DNA from: Camelus ferus
Lineage: Eukaryota
DNA: 64,000 bases
Assembly: GCF_009834535.1 (NCBI RefSeq)
Contig: NC_045698.1
Span: 15,812,001 to 15,876,000, forward strand
Direction of reading: 5' to 3'
The translations under genes were made by a program, and so were the position numbers. The notes under the pieces are model-generated. The model worked only from the letters and a program-made list of their open reading frames with translations. It ran no database searches and had not been told where the DNA came from. This document shows positions 52,544-64,000 of this stretch, one piece after another. Numbering within the stretch: the first letter of the stretch is position 1; every line of letters begins with the position of its first letter.

Positions 52544-54549
52544 TGTGTGTGTATTTAAAGAATCTGTTCAAATATCCTCTTTTAAACACAATAAAGAAAG
52601 ATGTTAAAATGAATTTACTCTAGAGAATTTTAATATTTTTACAGAGTGTCTTTTAAGTAAATTATTTGGGGTTATTTGAGCATTACATGTTTATTAAGCA
52701 TTAGACATTTTAAAGAAATGTGCTTTTTCCCTAAGCCTTTCCTAAGTTATCAAACCTAGATGTTTTTGTTTTTGTTTTTAGCTCCATGGAATGGTATCTT
52801 CAACAATATTTTCTGAAAATACTCGTTTTCAAACTCTAGTGAATTTTATAACTAGAAAATTCTCTTCCAAGGATCTTTATTTATTTGTAGTTACTCACCT
52901 GTTTACTTTTTTACTCATTTATTCCCAAATATTTACTGAATGCTTACAAGGCTGTTTTGAGAAACTCAGTCAAATATTCTATAGACAATAATTCTATTTT
53001 GTTATCATACTTAGTCCTGTAAAGTATTCTAAAATATTTCAAACTATTGTAGAAGCTAACAGTAAATATCTCTGAAAGCTTTTCCATCTCAATTTTCTGA
53101 AGGCTAAGTGTCTGTTTCATTTACTCTGCAGAATGACAGGATACTGAAGAAAAATACCTACAATTTTCCAAGAAAACCATTATTCAGAATCTGTTGTGGT
53201 CTTATAGTCAGTTCCTTGGTTTCCTTATAATTGTGATATAAATGTTTTTTATCTGTGGTTAAGTTTTGAGTCTAGATTTCCATGCAGCTTGTCATCTGGT
53301 TTGCTGATCTAAAAACATTCTATTAATCTGTGTGGATAAGTCTTACTATAGCCTATATACTTTTTGAGCTTCAGCAAATATAAATTGTTCTTTTTTAAAG
53401 AATTGCTTAATTTCTTAATAATCAGAATTTATAGTATCTCCATCTCTGTCCATGAAAACAAACAGATGGTTCTTCAACATAGAGAATGACCAGACTTATA
53501 GGCTATGTTATATTTGAGTAGTTACTGAAAAGATAAAGAAGTATGCTTTAGAACTAGCAAAACTAAAATATAAGAAATGCCTTTTGGGCTTCTAGTAGAG
53601 AAGATAGGTGCTGAACATATTAAGATGTGATAACACCAAAAACACATGATTTTCATTGTGAACCCAGGATAGAACGTCAGATGATAAACATTTCTAAGAG
53701 TAGGTGTCAGCTTGTTGTTATAACAGTTACCAATGATTTGTCTCCCTGTGGCTACTTCAGTAAGCAGCAGTGAGGTGTGTTACTAAGTCGAGGCAATGAA
53801 TATCCTGAACAACATTGGCGAGGCAAAATTTTAGATAAAAGTTGTTTGTTACACAGCTTTTACCATTATTCACGTAACAAACTTATTGATAAGGTATTTT
53901 CACTGTAAGGCAATCATACCTCTTTGCAGAATCAAGAATCAAAACCTAGGACACTTCGTGTAACCTTAGCATTTTCTTCTTTGGATCTTTTCAGTCTACA
54001 GAGACAGAGGAACTGTTGTTGAGTTTGGGAGCTGGAGTTGGGGAGAGGGAAGAATAGAATTGTTCTTCTTCTTCTTACTACTGTATCATAAATAGATCTG
54101 CTATATAACTGCTATATAACACTAGGAAACCCTACAATACTTATCAGAGATCTGAGTGATGTGATTAATACATTGTCTCTTTTTAAATCCTGTAGGAAGC
54201 TAGGACTTAAAAAATTCCACAGCGTTCAGTAAAATTTGTTATTGTTTGTTCTCAAGACTTCAGGAAGCAACCTTGCTGCATCAGAGTTTTATCTAACTTG
54301 TACATCTCCCAGTATTTTCAAGGTAGGGTATAGATTAATAATGGGAAGTTTACTATATGCTTTCACTCTTCCATCTACCAGAATTATTTTAAGAAGTTTC
54401 AGTCAGACAAAAATAAATCTCAGAAACTAGCTTAAAGTGAAACTATAATACACATACACACCAAAGAATATAAGGCAATGAGAGGAGAAAGAAGCTGCAC
54501 ACCTCTCTCTTTCTGGGTGAGACTTGCTACAGGTCAGTTGAAAGCCTAA

Positions 54550-54650
54550 ATACACACACATATACATATATATATATATATATATATATGTATATGTGTA
54601 TGTATATATGTATATATGTGTATATATATATACACACACACATATATATA
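54550..54650. repeat. Compound (TA)n/(TG)/(CA) microsatellite
   Basis: Alternating purine-pyrimidine tract. Confidence 0.95.
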
Positions 54651-55617
54651 AAAGTTTCCAGTCTTTTTAAAGCATATCTTAGACATACTTGACAATCACT
54701 CCCAATTTTTTAGGAATATCCGTCAACAGTAATCTCTCAACATCAAAATCTAGGGTTAATTGCTCAATTTACCATGCCATATGTTGTAGGGTAATTTTCT
54801 CCTAAATATTCTGCATCTTTATTTCATTTAAGAAGATAACAAGCTGAAACTCTACATGCTCAGTAAATATCCAAAGCAAGTTTACTTTGGGATAAACCAT
54901 ATATAAGAAGTCACCTGAGGAACAACTTGAAGGGCTTGAAAAATGGATTATGGTCATCCACTTGAAGGAAATAAAGTTCTAATATATTATGGTGGTGACA
55001 AGTGTCTAGAGGAAGACATCCAAAACTAATTGCCTTGTCATAAGCAAAACTTGGGCTTCAGGTCCTTGACATCAAGACAGCTGATTCACAAATATACAAT
55101 TACCATATACATTTTCAATTATTTTTATAAGCCCCAAGGAATTAATGTTTGCTTTCTTGTTGTATTATATGTAACAATCATTATCAATCTCTATACTATG
55201 ACCTTATTTTGACCACTTTAGAAAAAAAATTGAAAACAAATTATTGGTTTTTACTCCAATAATGAAAATACCATATATCATGACTAATTTGTATGTGGAT
55301 CAATAATAAAGGAAGGAACATAATAATGTAATGATTAATCTGAAAATCAATAATGAAATTAATTTGGCCACTTAATCTATAATAAAAGTAAAAATATTTT
55401 AATTCACTGTTAGATTCTAAGGTAGTGTGAGACTCAGATTCAACCTATAGCAACAATCACACAGAGCTGACAGTTATGCAGCTATGATAGCCTGTGTACT
55501 AGCAAGGGAGAGTGATAGATAAGGAAGGCAAAAATCAGCTGCTTACTAGATATGTCACCATGGGAAAATGGCTTAAATTTTCACACCCAAAGACTTCATT
55601 TAAAAATAAGCATGAAA

Positions 55618-58040
55618 TTACATTCAGATTCTGGACCGAGATGATCATATAGAAGGCTCCTGAATCCACTCGCCAACAAGGACATAAGATATACAGTTAG
55701 ACATGGAACAATTTCCTTTGAGACAAATGCAGAAAGTACTTGGGTGATTCCTGCACATTGAGTGACTGAGAAAATATGCATATCAAAACAGGTAGGAAGA
55801 CTGAGACATAACTCTACCCTTAATCCCCACCCCCGGCAAAATGCCATGCAATCAGAGACAAACAAACAAACAACAACAAATCAATTTCCAGCTCCTTTCT
55901 GAAGAGTGAAGGGATTGGGCCACACATATTGACACAGCAACTTTTAAGGCTGCCACCCAAGGAATGGGCCACCAAATCACTTCACTCTGATAGCCAATGA
56001 GACATACATTTATCAGTCCCACAGTACTATAAGAAACAAGGAAGTTACAAATGGGCACAGAAGCATTCACAACTCCTACCCCAGCAAGGCTCAGTAAAAT
56101 GCCCATCTCACAGTATTTCCCTGGCAAAGTCTGACTACATGATTTCCCAAGGAGGTAAAAGATTTGTACACTGAAATCTATAAAACATTAATGAAGGAAA
56201 TTGAAGGAAACAAACAAATGGAAAGATATTCTGTACTCATGGATTGGAAGAATTGATATTTTAAGTTGTCTGTACTATCTAAAGCAATCTACAGATTCAA
56301 TGGAATCCCTATCTAAATTTTAATGGCATTTTTCACAAGAAATAAAAAAAAATTTAAATTCCTATGGAACCACAAAAGACCTGTTAGAGGTCTTTAGAGA
56401 GTGAGGAGAAAAGCTGGAGGCATCATATTTCCTGCTTTTACTCTATATTACAAGCTCTCATAAGCAAAACAGTTTGGTATTGGCATAACAACAGAAGCAT
56501 AATCAATGAAGTGGAAGAGAGAGCCCAGAAATAAACTGATGCATATAAAGTCAATTGACTTGTGACAAAGGCACCAAGGATGTACAGTGGGGAAAGGGCA
56601 CTCTGTTAAACAAAAGATGTTGAAAAATTTGAATATCCACATGCAAAGAATGAAATGGGATATACATATACAAAATGAACACAAAAGAGAATAAAAACTT
56701 AAACATAAGACCTGAAATAGTAAAACTCCCAAAAGAAAATATAGGTTATAATCTCCTTGACAATGGTCTTGGCAATATTTTTTTTGGATTTGACACAAAA
56801 AGGAAAGTCAACAAAAGCAACAATAAACAAGTGAGACCACTTCAAAACTAAAAAGCTTCTGTACTACAAAGGAAGCCATCAACAACAAAAAAAGGGAACC
56901 TATAGACTGAAAGAAAATATCTGCCAACTGCCTATTTGATAAGGGGTTATTATCCAAAATATACAAAAAACTTACACATGCCAACAGCAAAAACAAATAA
57001 CCCAATTAAAAAATGGGCAAAGGACCTGAATAGACATTTTCCAAAGAAGATATCCAACAGGTACATGAAAAGGTGCTCAACATCACTAATTATTAGGAAA
57101 ATACAATCAAAACTACAATGAGATATCACCTCACACCTGTTAGAAAATGTATCAGAAAGACAAGGAACAACAAATATTGAAGATACGGACAAAAGGGAAT
57201 CCTTGTACACTGTTGGTGGGAATGTAAAAAGCTACAGACACTATGGAAAACAGTATGGAGATTCCTCAAGAAATTAAAAATAGAACTACCATATGATCCA
57301 TCTATTTTACTTCTGGGTGTATATAATAAAATCATTATCTTGAAGGATTATCTATACTTCCATCTTCATGGCAGTGTTATTTATAATAGCCAATGAATGG
57401 AAACAGCCTAAGTATCCATTAATGGATGAATGAATAAGGAAAATGTGATATACATATACATATATACACACATATATCACACATGTGATATACACATATA
57501 TATCACACATATATGTGATATACATATATATCACATATACATAGACATATGTGAATGAAATATCATTTAGCCTAAAAAATGAAAGAAAATTTCCATTTTT
57601 AAGAACATGGTGAACCTGGTGGACATAATGCTAAATTAAACAAGCTATACAGAGAATTACAAATACTGCATGGTACCACTTATATGTGGCATCTGAAAAA
57701 AAAAAGTTGAACTTATAGGAACATAGAGTAAATTGGTGGTTGCCAGGGGATGGGGGCCTGGGGGAAATAGGAAGAGATTGGTAAAAAGATACAAACTTTT
57801 GGTTACAGGATGAATAAGATCTGAAGTTCTAATGTGTAACTTGGTGACTGTATCTGATAATACTGCACTGTATAATCAAAATTTTATAAGAGAGTAGAAG
57901 TGTTCCTGCCCTCCAATAAAGGTAAACATGTGAGGTGAGTGAGAATCATTTCACAATGTTTACATATATCATCATCACATTGTACATTTTAAATATATAA
58001 CAGTTTCATTTGTTAATTACATCTCAATAAGCTTTAAAAA
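55618..58040 (+). mobile_element. L1MA9-like LINE-1 with 5' UTR joined directly to distal ORF2
   Basis: 5' UTR-like sequence at 55625-56145. ORF2 DNA starts at CCAAGGAGGTAAAAGATTTGTACACTGAAA. ORF 56936-57121 contains NNPIKKWAKDLNRHF. L1MA9-type 3' UTR runs to CTCAATAAGC. Candidate 16-bp TSD. Confidence 0.9.
57445..57555. repeat. TA/CA low-complexity tract with TATATCACA / TGTGATATA inverted units, inside the L1
   Basis: Repeated TATATCACA and TGTGATATA units. Confidence 0.85.
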
Positions 58041-60169
58041 GGCGCATGAAAAGCAACATGTATTTCCTGGGTTTATTTTGACTCTGGAATAAAATACCAT
58101 ATAAATGTAAAGATGTATCATTAACATTAGTGACCTTTGTAGATATCTTCAGGGACAAACAGCTTGCAAGGGAATGTGCTATGTCATCCCTGAATAGATA
58201 ATATATACATATGTGTGTGTGTGTGCATCACCCCAATTCAAATTTGTTTCATCTTTTCCTCACTAAAATAGTCTGAGAGTCACTTGGATAAGTTATCAAG
58301 ACTTTTAATATGAACTTTCCCAAGATAATTCATTTATCTTATTGACATAATTTTAAAATTGCCAGTGTCCTTACTAATTTCGATTCTGAAATTTACAAAT
58401 TTCAAAATAAAACAGGATGTTGAATTTAACAGCATACTCCAGCACTGCTGTGATGACGACAGTGTTAAAATGTCCATGACATTCTTAGTCTGACAATTAA
58501 ATTATTCTTTTATTAATGCTGCTCAAATGACTGTCTCTTTTTTTTTTTTTTTTCAATTTGTCATTCATACCATGCTGTTAGCTTACACTAAGCTTGCAAT
58601 TATGGCTCAATTCCTGTAGCACTTTTTCACAGAAAATGCTGTTAAACTAGTCCTTTCCCTACCCTGTAGTTGTCAAATTGGTCCTTTTGAGACTTAATAT
58701 GGACAGTTCTCTTATGCCCTGTTATTTTCTGCATTACAATTCTGAAATCCAAGGAATTAGATTCCTGATGAGACTTATGTCAGATACACATTCTTGAACT
58801 TGTCCTGCCATCTTGAAGTAAGTTGCTAGTACAAATGTTAAATGTATTATTTAACATTAATAAATGTGAACCTATTAAATACAGTTTATTTATTAACCTT
58901 AGATTTATCACTATAATTTCATTAATTGGTTCTTTTTCAGTATGCTTGCCCAACCAATTAAAACCAACTAATTGCAGTATTAGAAGTTCACATTTCTCTG
59001 TTTTTTGAAGAGAATATTAAAAGAAATTTTTTCAAAGGTTTACTGAAATTGAGATATGACTTATAACCACAGCAATTTTAACGTTGTGTAGTCTACTAAC
59101 TACATAAAAAGGTAAAATGGAACTACTTGTTATGTTCTTCTGATTGGCTTTATTGACCAATGTATTGTGTTTTTTTTTTTTTTTTAAGATTATAATCACC
59201 CTTTAATTTAGCTTATTGGTACAACAAAGAGTTAAAATTAGCAGTGACTATTGAATAATAACCAGTAAATTAGTTTAAATAATGTCACAACATGTTTCTT
59301 ACATATAAATCATACACACATACAAGGAGAAAAACTGCCTCCTATACATTTTGGTTAGAGAGGCATTTTTAGTAAGAAAGCAACAATATTACTAAAATTG
59401 ATTTTATCCTGCCATTTTCTTGTCCTTTGGGTATTTGACAGTTCTCATTCACCTAGCTCTCAGTATGATCTTTTGGTAAAACCGAGTGATTTTCAGGAAA
59501 GTTTTAACTGATCATTGGCTTTATTGATGAAAAGAGGTGGCGACTCCCTGTAATTGCTGCTGTTCACCTTTAGATCCTTGTCAAAGCTACGTGAATGGCA
59601 CCCGTTACAAAAGACTTCTCTTGCACCCCACGTCTGTGATCGCTGCACATGTGGTACAAGCATATAATCTGCCCTACTTGGTTTACATCTAATAACATTT
59701 CTGACTCTGGACCTTAAGGAAACCATGGTTTTCCTTCAACTAAAGAAAACCTAAAACTGCCTATCCCTTATTTACAAACTTACAGGACAGCTGTACTCAT
59801 TACTTCAAAAGGTCTTTTGCTTGCATTTCATATCTTCCTAGTTACAATTTTTTTCTTACTTCCAAATTGACACAAGTAGACTTAAAGATGTGCAATAGAA
59901 GAAGGAAAAGGGGGAAACCCCATTCCTTGTTGTCAAGTAAATTTTGATGAAGAGACTCCTTTAATAGCCCTTTTCTATATTTCTATGTTAATATCACCTT
60001 TTTTTTTGCCTCTGACAGGATTTCCTTCATGCTACACCAGCCCCACCCCTCAATTTTGATTTTATCTTTTACATATTAAGAGTTGTTTCTACAAACTTGT
60101 GTCCAGGAAAAAATTCCAGAAAATAAAATTAAGCATCTCTCTCTGATTTTAAAAGAATTTGTTTCAGTA

Positions 60170-61257
60170 ACAGGCAACACAGGAAAACACAGGCAGAACA
60201 CTCAGACATAAATTACAGCAATATTCTTTTTAGTTTCACCTCCTAAAGTTAAGGAAATAAAAGCAAAAATAAACAAAGGGGACCCAATTAAACTTAAAAG
60301 CTTTTGCACAGCAAAGGAAACCACTGACAAAACAAAAAGATAACCTATTGAATGGGAAAAGAAAATTTGCAAATGATATAATAAATAAGGGATTAATATC
60401 CACCATATATAAATACCTCATACAACTCAACATAAAAAAATCCAATTAAAAATTAAGTAGAAGAACTAAATGGACATTTTTCCAAAGAGGAAAATGCAGA
60501 TGGCCAAAATGCACATCAAAAATGGTGAACCTCCTTAACTATCAGGAAAATGCAAATCAAAACTACAATGAGATATCACCTCACACTTGTCAGAATGACT
60601 ATCAAAAAGAACACAAATATCAAATGTTGGCAATGATGTGGAGAAAAGGGAAGCCTTGTACATTGTTGGTAGGAATGTAAATTGGTGCAGCCACTGTGGA
60701 AAATGGTATGGAGGTTTCTCAAAACACTAAAAATAGAACTACCATATGATCCAGCAATTCCACTTCTGAGTATATATATGAAAGAAACAAAAACATTAAT
60801 TTGCACCCTAATGTTCACAGTGGCATTATTTACAATTGCCAAGATTTGGAGGCAACCTAAGTGTTCATCAACAGATGAATGGAAAGAGGAGTGGTATATA
60901 TATGCAACAGAATACTATTCAGCCATAAAAGAATGTTGCCATTTGCAGCAACACAGATGGACTTGGAGAGCATTATGCCAAGTGAAATAAGTCAGGCAGA
61001 GAAAGAGAAATACTGTATGATACCACTTATATGTGGAATCTGAAAAACAACAAACTAGTGAACATAAGAAAAAAAGAAGCAGACTCATAGATGTAGGGAA
61101 CAAACCAGTGGTTACTGTTGTTACTAGTTTGTTGAAGGAGTAGGGAACTGGAAGGTACAAATTACTGGGTGTAAGCTAGGCTCAAGGATATATTGTACAA
61201 CATGGGAAATATAGCTAATATTTTATAATAACTGTAAATGGAAAGTAACCTTCTAAG
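60170..61257 (+). mobile_element. 5'-truncated L1 (ORF2 C-terminus and cetartiodactyl-type 3' UTR)
   Basis: ORF 60682-60990 encodes [31 protein letters not shown] (ORF2p C-terminus). 3' UTR GGTACAAATTACTGGGTGTAAG..GGAAAGTAACCTT. Confidence 0.92.
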
Positions 61258-61495
61258 TTTCAGGATTTGCAGATACTAACTATATATAAGATAGCTTAAC
61301 AGCAAGATCCTACTATATGGCATAGGGAACTATATTCAGTATCTTGTAAAAGCCTACAATGGAAAAGAGTATGTAAAGGAATATATATATAAATACCTGA
61401 ATCACTGCTGTACACCAGAAATTAACACATATAAACCAACTTCAATAAAATTTTAAAAAGTAAAATAAAAAAATATAAAATAAATAAAAATTTAA
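61258..61495 (+). mobile_element. Second L1 3' end of a different subfamily, with A-rich tail
   Basis: GGATTTGCAGATACTAACTATATATAAG..GGGAACTATATTCAGTATCTTGTA..CTGTACACCAGAAATTAACAC..TTCAATAAAA. Confidence 0.85.
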
Positions 61496-62274
61496 AGAAA
61501 AATGCATTGTCTTAAATACTTACATGTACTTAAAAAAAATGCCATTCTAGAAATTTGCCTTGAATTAGCATCAATCTTCACTTTCCCTAGTTTACAGAAT
61601 CCTTTTTATTTCCACTTTTGAAAAGGATATAATTTTTCATCTTTAGGCTTGTTTACATAATTTCTTAAAGAATTCCTAAAATGTCAAGCTTATTTTCTCC
61701 CCAATTACCCTCAAATACTTCAGTTATTGGTTCACTGTGGTCCAAACTGAAAACAAACATTTCCTATTATAGCTTTGAGAGAGAATATAAACTAAATGAC
61801 TATTAAAAATATCACGGATGTGTCACTTTTCACACAGAAGATATGAATGCAATCCCCAGGTAATAGCTTCTAGATTTTAGTAATACAAAAATAATTCAAA
61901 ATGTATTGAAAATAACTTGTGCTAGAGAATTCAACCTGGGAATTGGTGCATTGCATGAAAGTTGAAAATGAAACAGTACTCACTACAGGGGCCCTTGACA
62001 TTGCTGGATAGTTGAAAGTCACTCAGGGGTTGATTGCCCACTATGAGCTCTTTTTAAAGGTATCTATTCATGTATAGGACAACCTGCTGGAAAAGGTCAA
62101 CAGAAAAGGCAAAACTCTTAAAGCTGGGGAGTTTAATATCTTAATGATTCCTTGAAATGTTACTTACTACAGAAAGAAGTGTGAATACTTCAGATCATCT
62201 ATAGGTAACAGGGAAGGAACCTAGGTGGATAGATGGATGGATGATAGACAGATAGACAGAGAAAAATAAATTAA

Positions 62275-62630
62275 AGTGAAGCAAGCTGGATTTGAATTCC
62301 CCGTTTCCATTTACCAGTTATCTTACTTTGAATAATACAGAAAACCAGTTTCAAATGGAATTTCCTGATTTACAAAGTAAGATTAATATTTAAGGTTTTA
62401 TATATATATATATATATAACCTTATATATACACACACACATACACACACATATATATACACAAACACACATACATATATATGTAAATATATATTTTTCCT
62501 CAAAGGATAAAAATGTTGGCTTCTGTTAAGGCCATGTTTAGTAGTGGATAAATATTTAATACTATTTTTGCTTATTTACAACCCACAAATTATTTGAGAC
62601 ATAGGATGGTGATTATCATCATTATTATTT
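62275..62630 (+). mobile_element. MIR relic split by a (TA)n(CA)n microsatellite at about 62400-62492
   Basis: CTGGATTTGAATTCCC..ATTTACCAGTTA..TTTCCTGATTTACAAA. The simple repeat is directly visible. Confidence 0.45.
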
Positions 62631-63474
62631 GTAGTCTTAGTAGACTGCCATTAGTTTTACCATTAGTATTAGTTTTAGTACTAATAGTACTAATACTACA
62701 TCATAAATGCTTTAAAACTTCCAGTATGATGCGGTCCACAGTGAAATCAGAATTAGTGCCTCTTGTGGATTTCAGCGCCTTACAGGAAGTTTTCCTGCAG
62801 TGGGGATCGTGGACTTGGGTTAAGCATTCTGCCTGTAGGGCTTTCTGGCTCTCTTTAGGAAGCTTCACCTTTCGATAACCAACACTGAAGCTCATGCCCA
62901 GAAAAACTCCACATGAGGGGCAAAATCTGAAAGTTGCTCTCATGGAGAAGGCTGTTTGTGCAATGCAGTTTACTCTGGCACCGAGATAATGGGCACCAGA
63001 AACTACCACAGGCCTGAGAGAGTCAGGATCTGGATAATCTCATCGGGCCGCCCCCTGCACCGGCTCCTGTTATTTTGCTGAAATAACTGTTGTGACTTCC
63101 TTTAAGCCTGAGAGCTTCTAAAGCAGAGGAGAGTGATGTCCCCACACTAAAACCTTAGGGATGGCGTAAAGATTATTGTCATTTTCCTGAAATTATGTAT
63201 CCTGTTTCATCTATTTCTGGTGTGGGCAGTTGTTTTGTCTGCTGAACCAAGGTAGTACAACACTAATTTGATTAGAATGAAAGGGCTTTATTTTTTTTTA
63301 AATTACGTTCTGTTCACATTTAAAGTTTAACTCAAAAATGTGTTGTTTTTTTTTCAAGGAACTATATAGTGAGGAAATAGGCTGAAAACATGAAGTGATT
63401 TTCATATATGTATACATTTAATATATACATATATTTTATGCATATAAAACCATCGAGAAACAGCATTTTATACT

Positions 63475-63620
63475 TGAAAGCAAGGATGTTTGGAATCAAA
63501 TCATTACTCTGTGATTTGCTCGCTGTATTACCCTGAGTGGTCAGCTTCAGTTTTCTCATCTGAAAAATGTACTAACAGTATCACACTAGCAGGACACTAT
63601 ATGGATAAATTAATTCACTT
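63475..63620 (+). mobile_element. MIR SINE
   Basis: TTTGGAATCAAA..CTTCAGTTTTCTCATCTGAAAAATG. Confidence 0.6.
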
Positions 63621-64000
63621 ACTTAGAAGGTACACATGGGATTTCCATTAGGCTAGGCACTCATCAGTGACACAGAATTCAGCAACACCCGCATGTGCCC
63701 TGGACCTTATGTCTCAGTGATGGCAATGCACGGAGTATGATTGGCATAGGGCCAGGCAATCAGCAGGCAGTCAATAAATGTTAGTTTCTCTCCTCTGGAC
63801 TGGACCACTGTGTAAAGGCACTACTAGATTCAAAGAAACATAATCTTTTATTAATGGGGTAAAGCTTTATACTTGAATCTCTATCAATCTGAAATTACAG
63901 TTTCTTTTTCTCTATTTTGCCTTATTCACATTTCAGTTTTGTTTATTGTGTTTATTCCTTTGGTTACATTTTTAAAATTACACTTTATTCAGTGAATATG

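Noticed and set aside
54098..54119. 11-bp tandem duplication CTGCTATATAA x2, and similar ones at 12236 and 17668
   Set aside because: Ordinary slippage duplications. No spacers or array structure, so not CRISPR-like.

Overview
AT-rich, CpG-depleted mammalian genomic DNA, either intergenic or deep intronic. I could not recognise any protein-coding exon, RNA gene or CpG island. The window is mostly decayed retroelements: pan-eutherian MIR and L2, MaLR (MLT1), ERVL and ERV1 solo LTRs (several with TG..CA ends and target-site duplications), a HAL1/L1-ORF1 relic, two internally deleted L1s (L1MD-like at about 32.1-36.4 kb and L1MA9-like at about 55.6-58.0 kb), younger cetartiodactyl-type L1 3' ends, and microsatellites. 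The young L1 3' UTRs, with no Alu, Bov-tA/BovB, PRE-1 or Can-SINE seen, suggest a cetartiodactyl, probably a camelid (inference). The only ORFs with recognisable protein similarity are L1 ORF1p/ORF2p relics. I found no convincing new biological system. The best leads are two head-to-head solo LTRs 14 bp apart, an intact-looking ERV1 LTR upstream of candidate non-coding exons, L1s lacking most or all of the RT region, and a few palindromes and enhancer-like unique blocks. Subfamily names come from recalled consensus sequences, and boundaries of old repeats are approximate.
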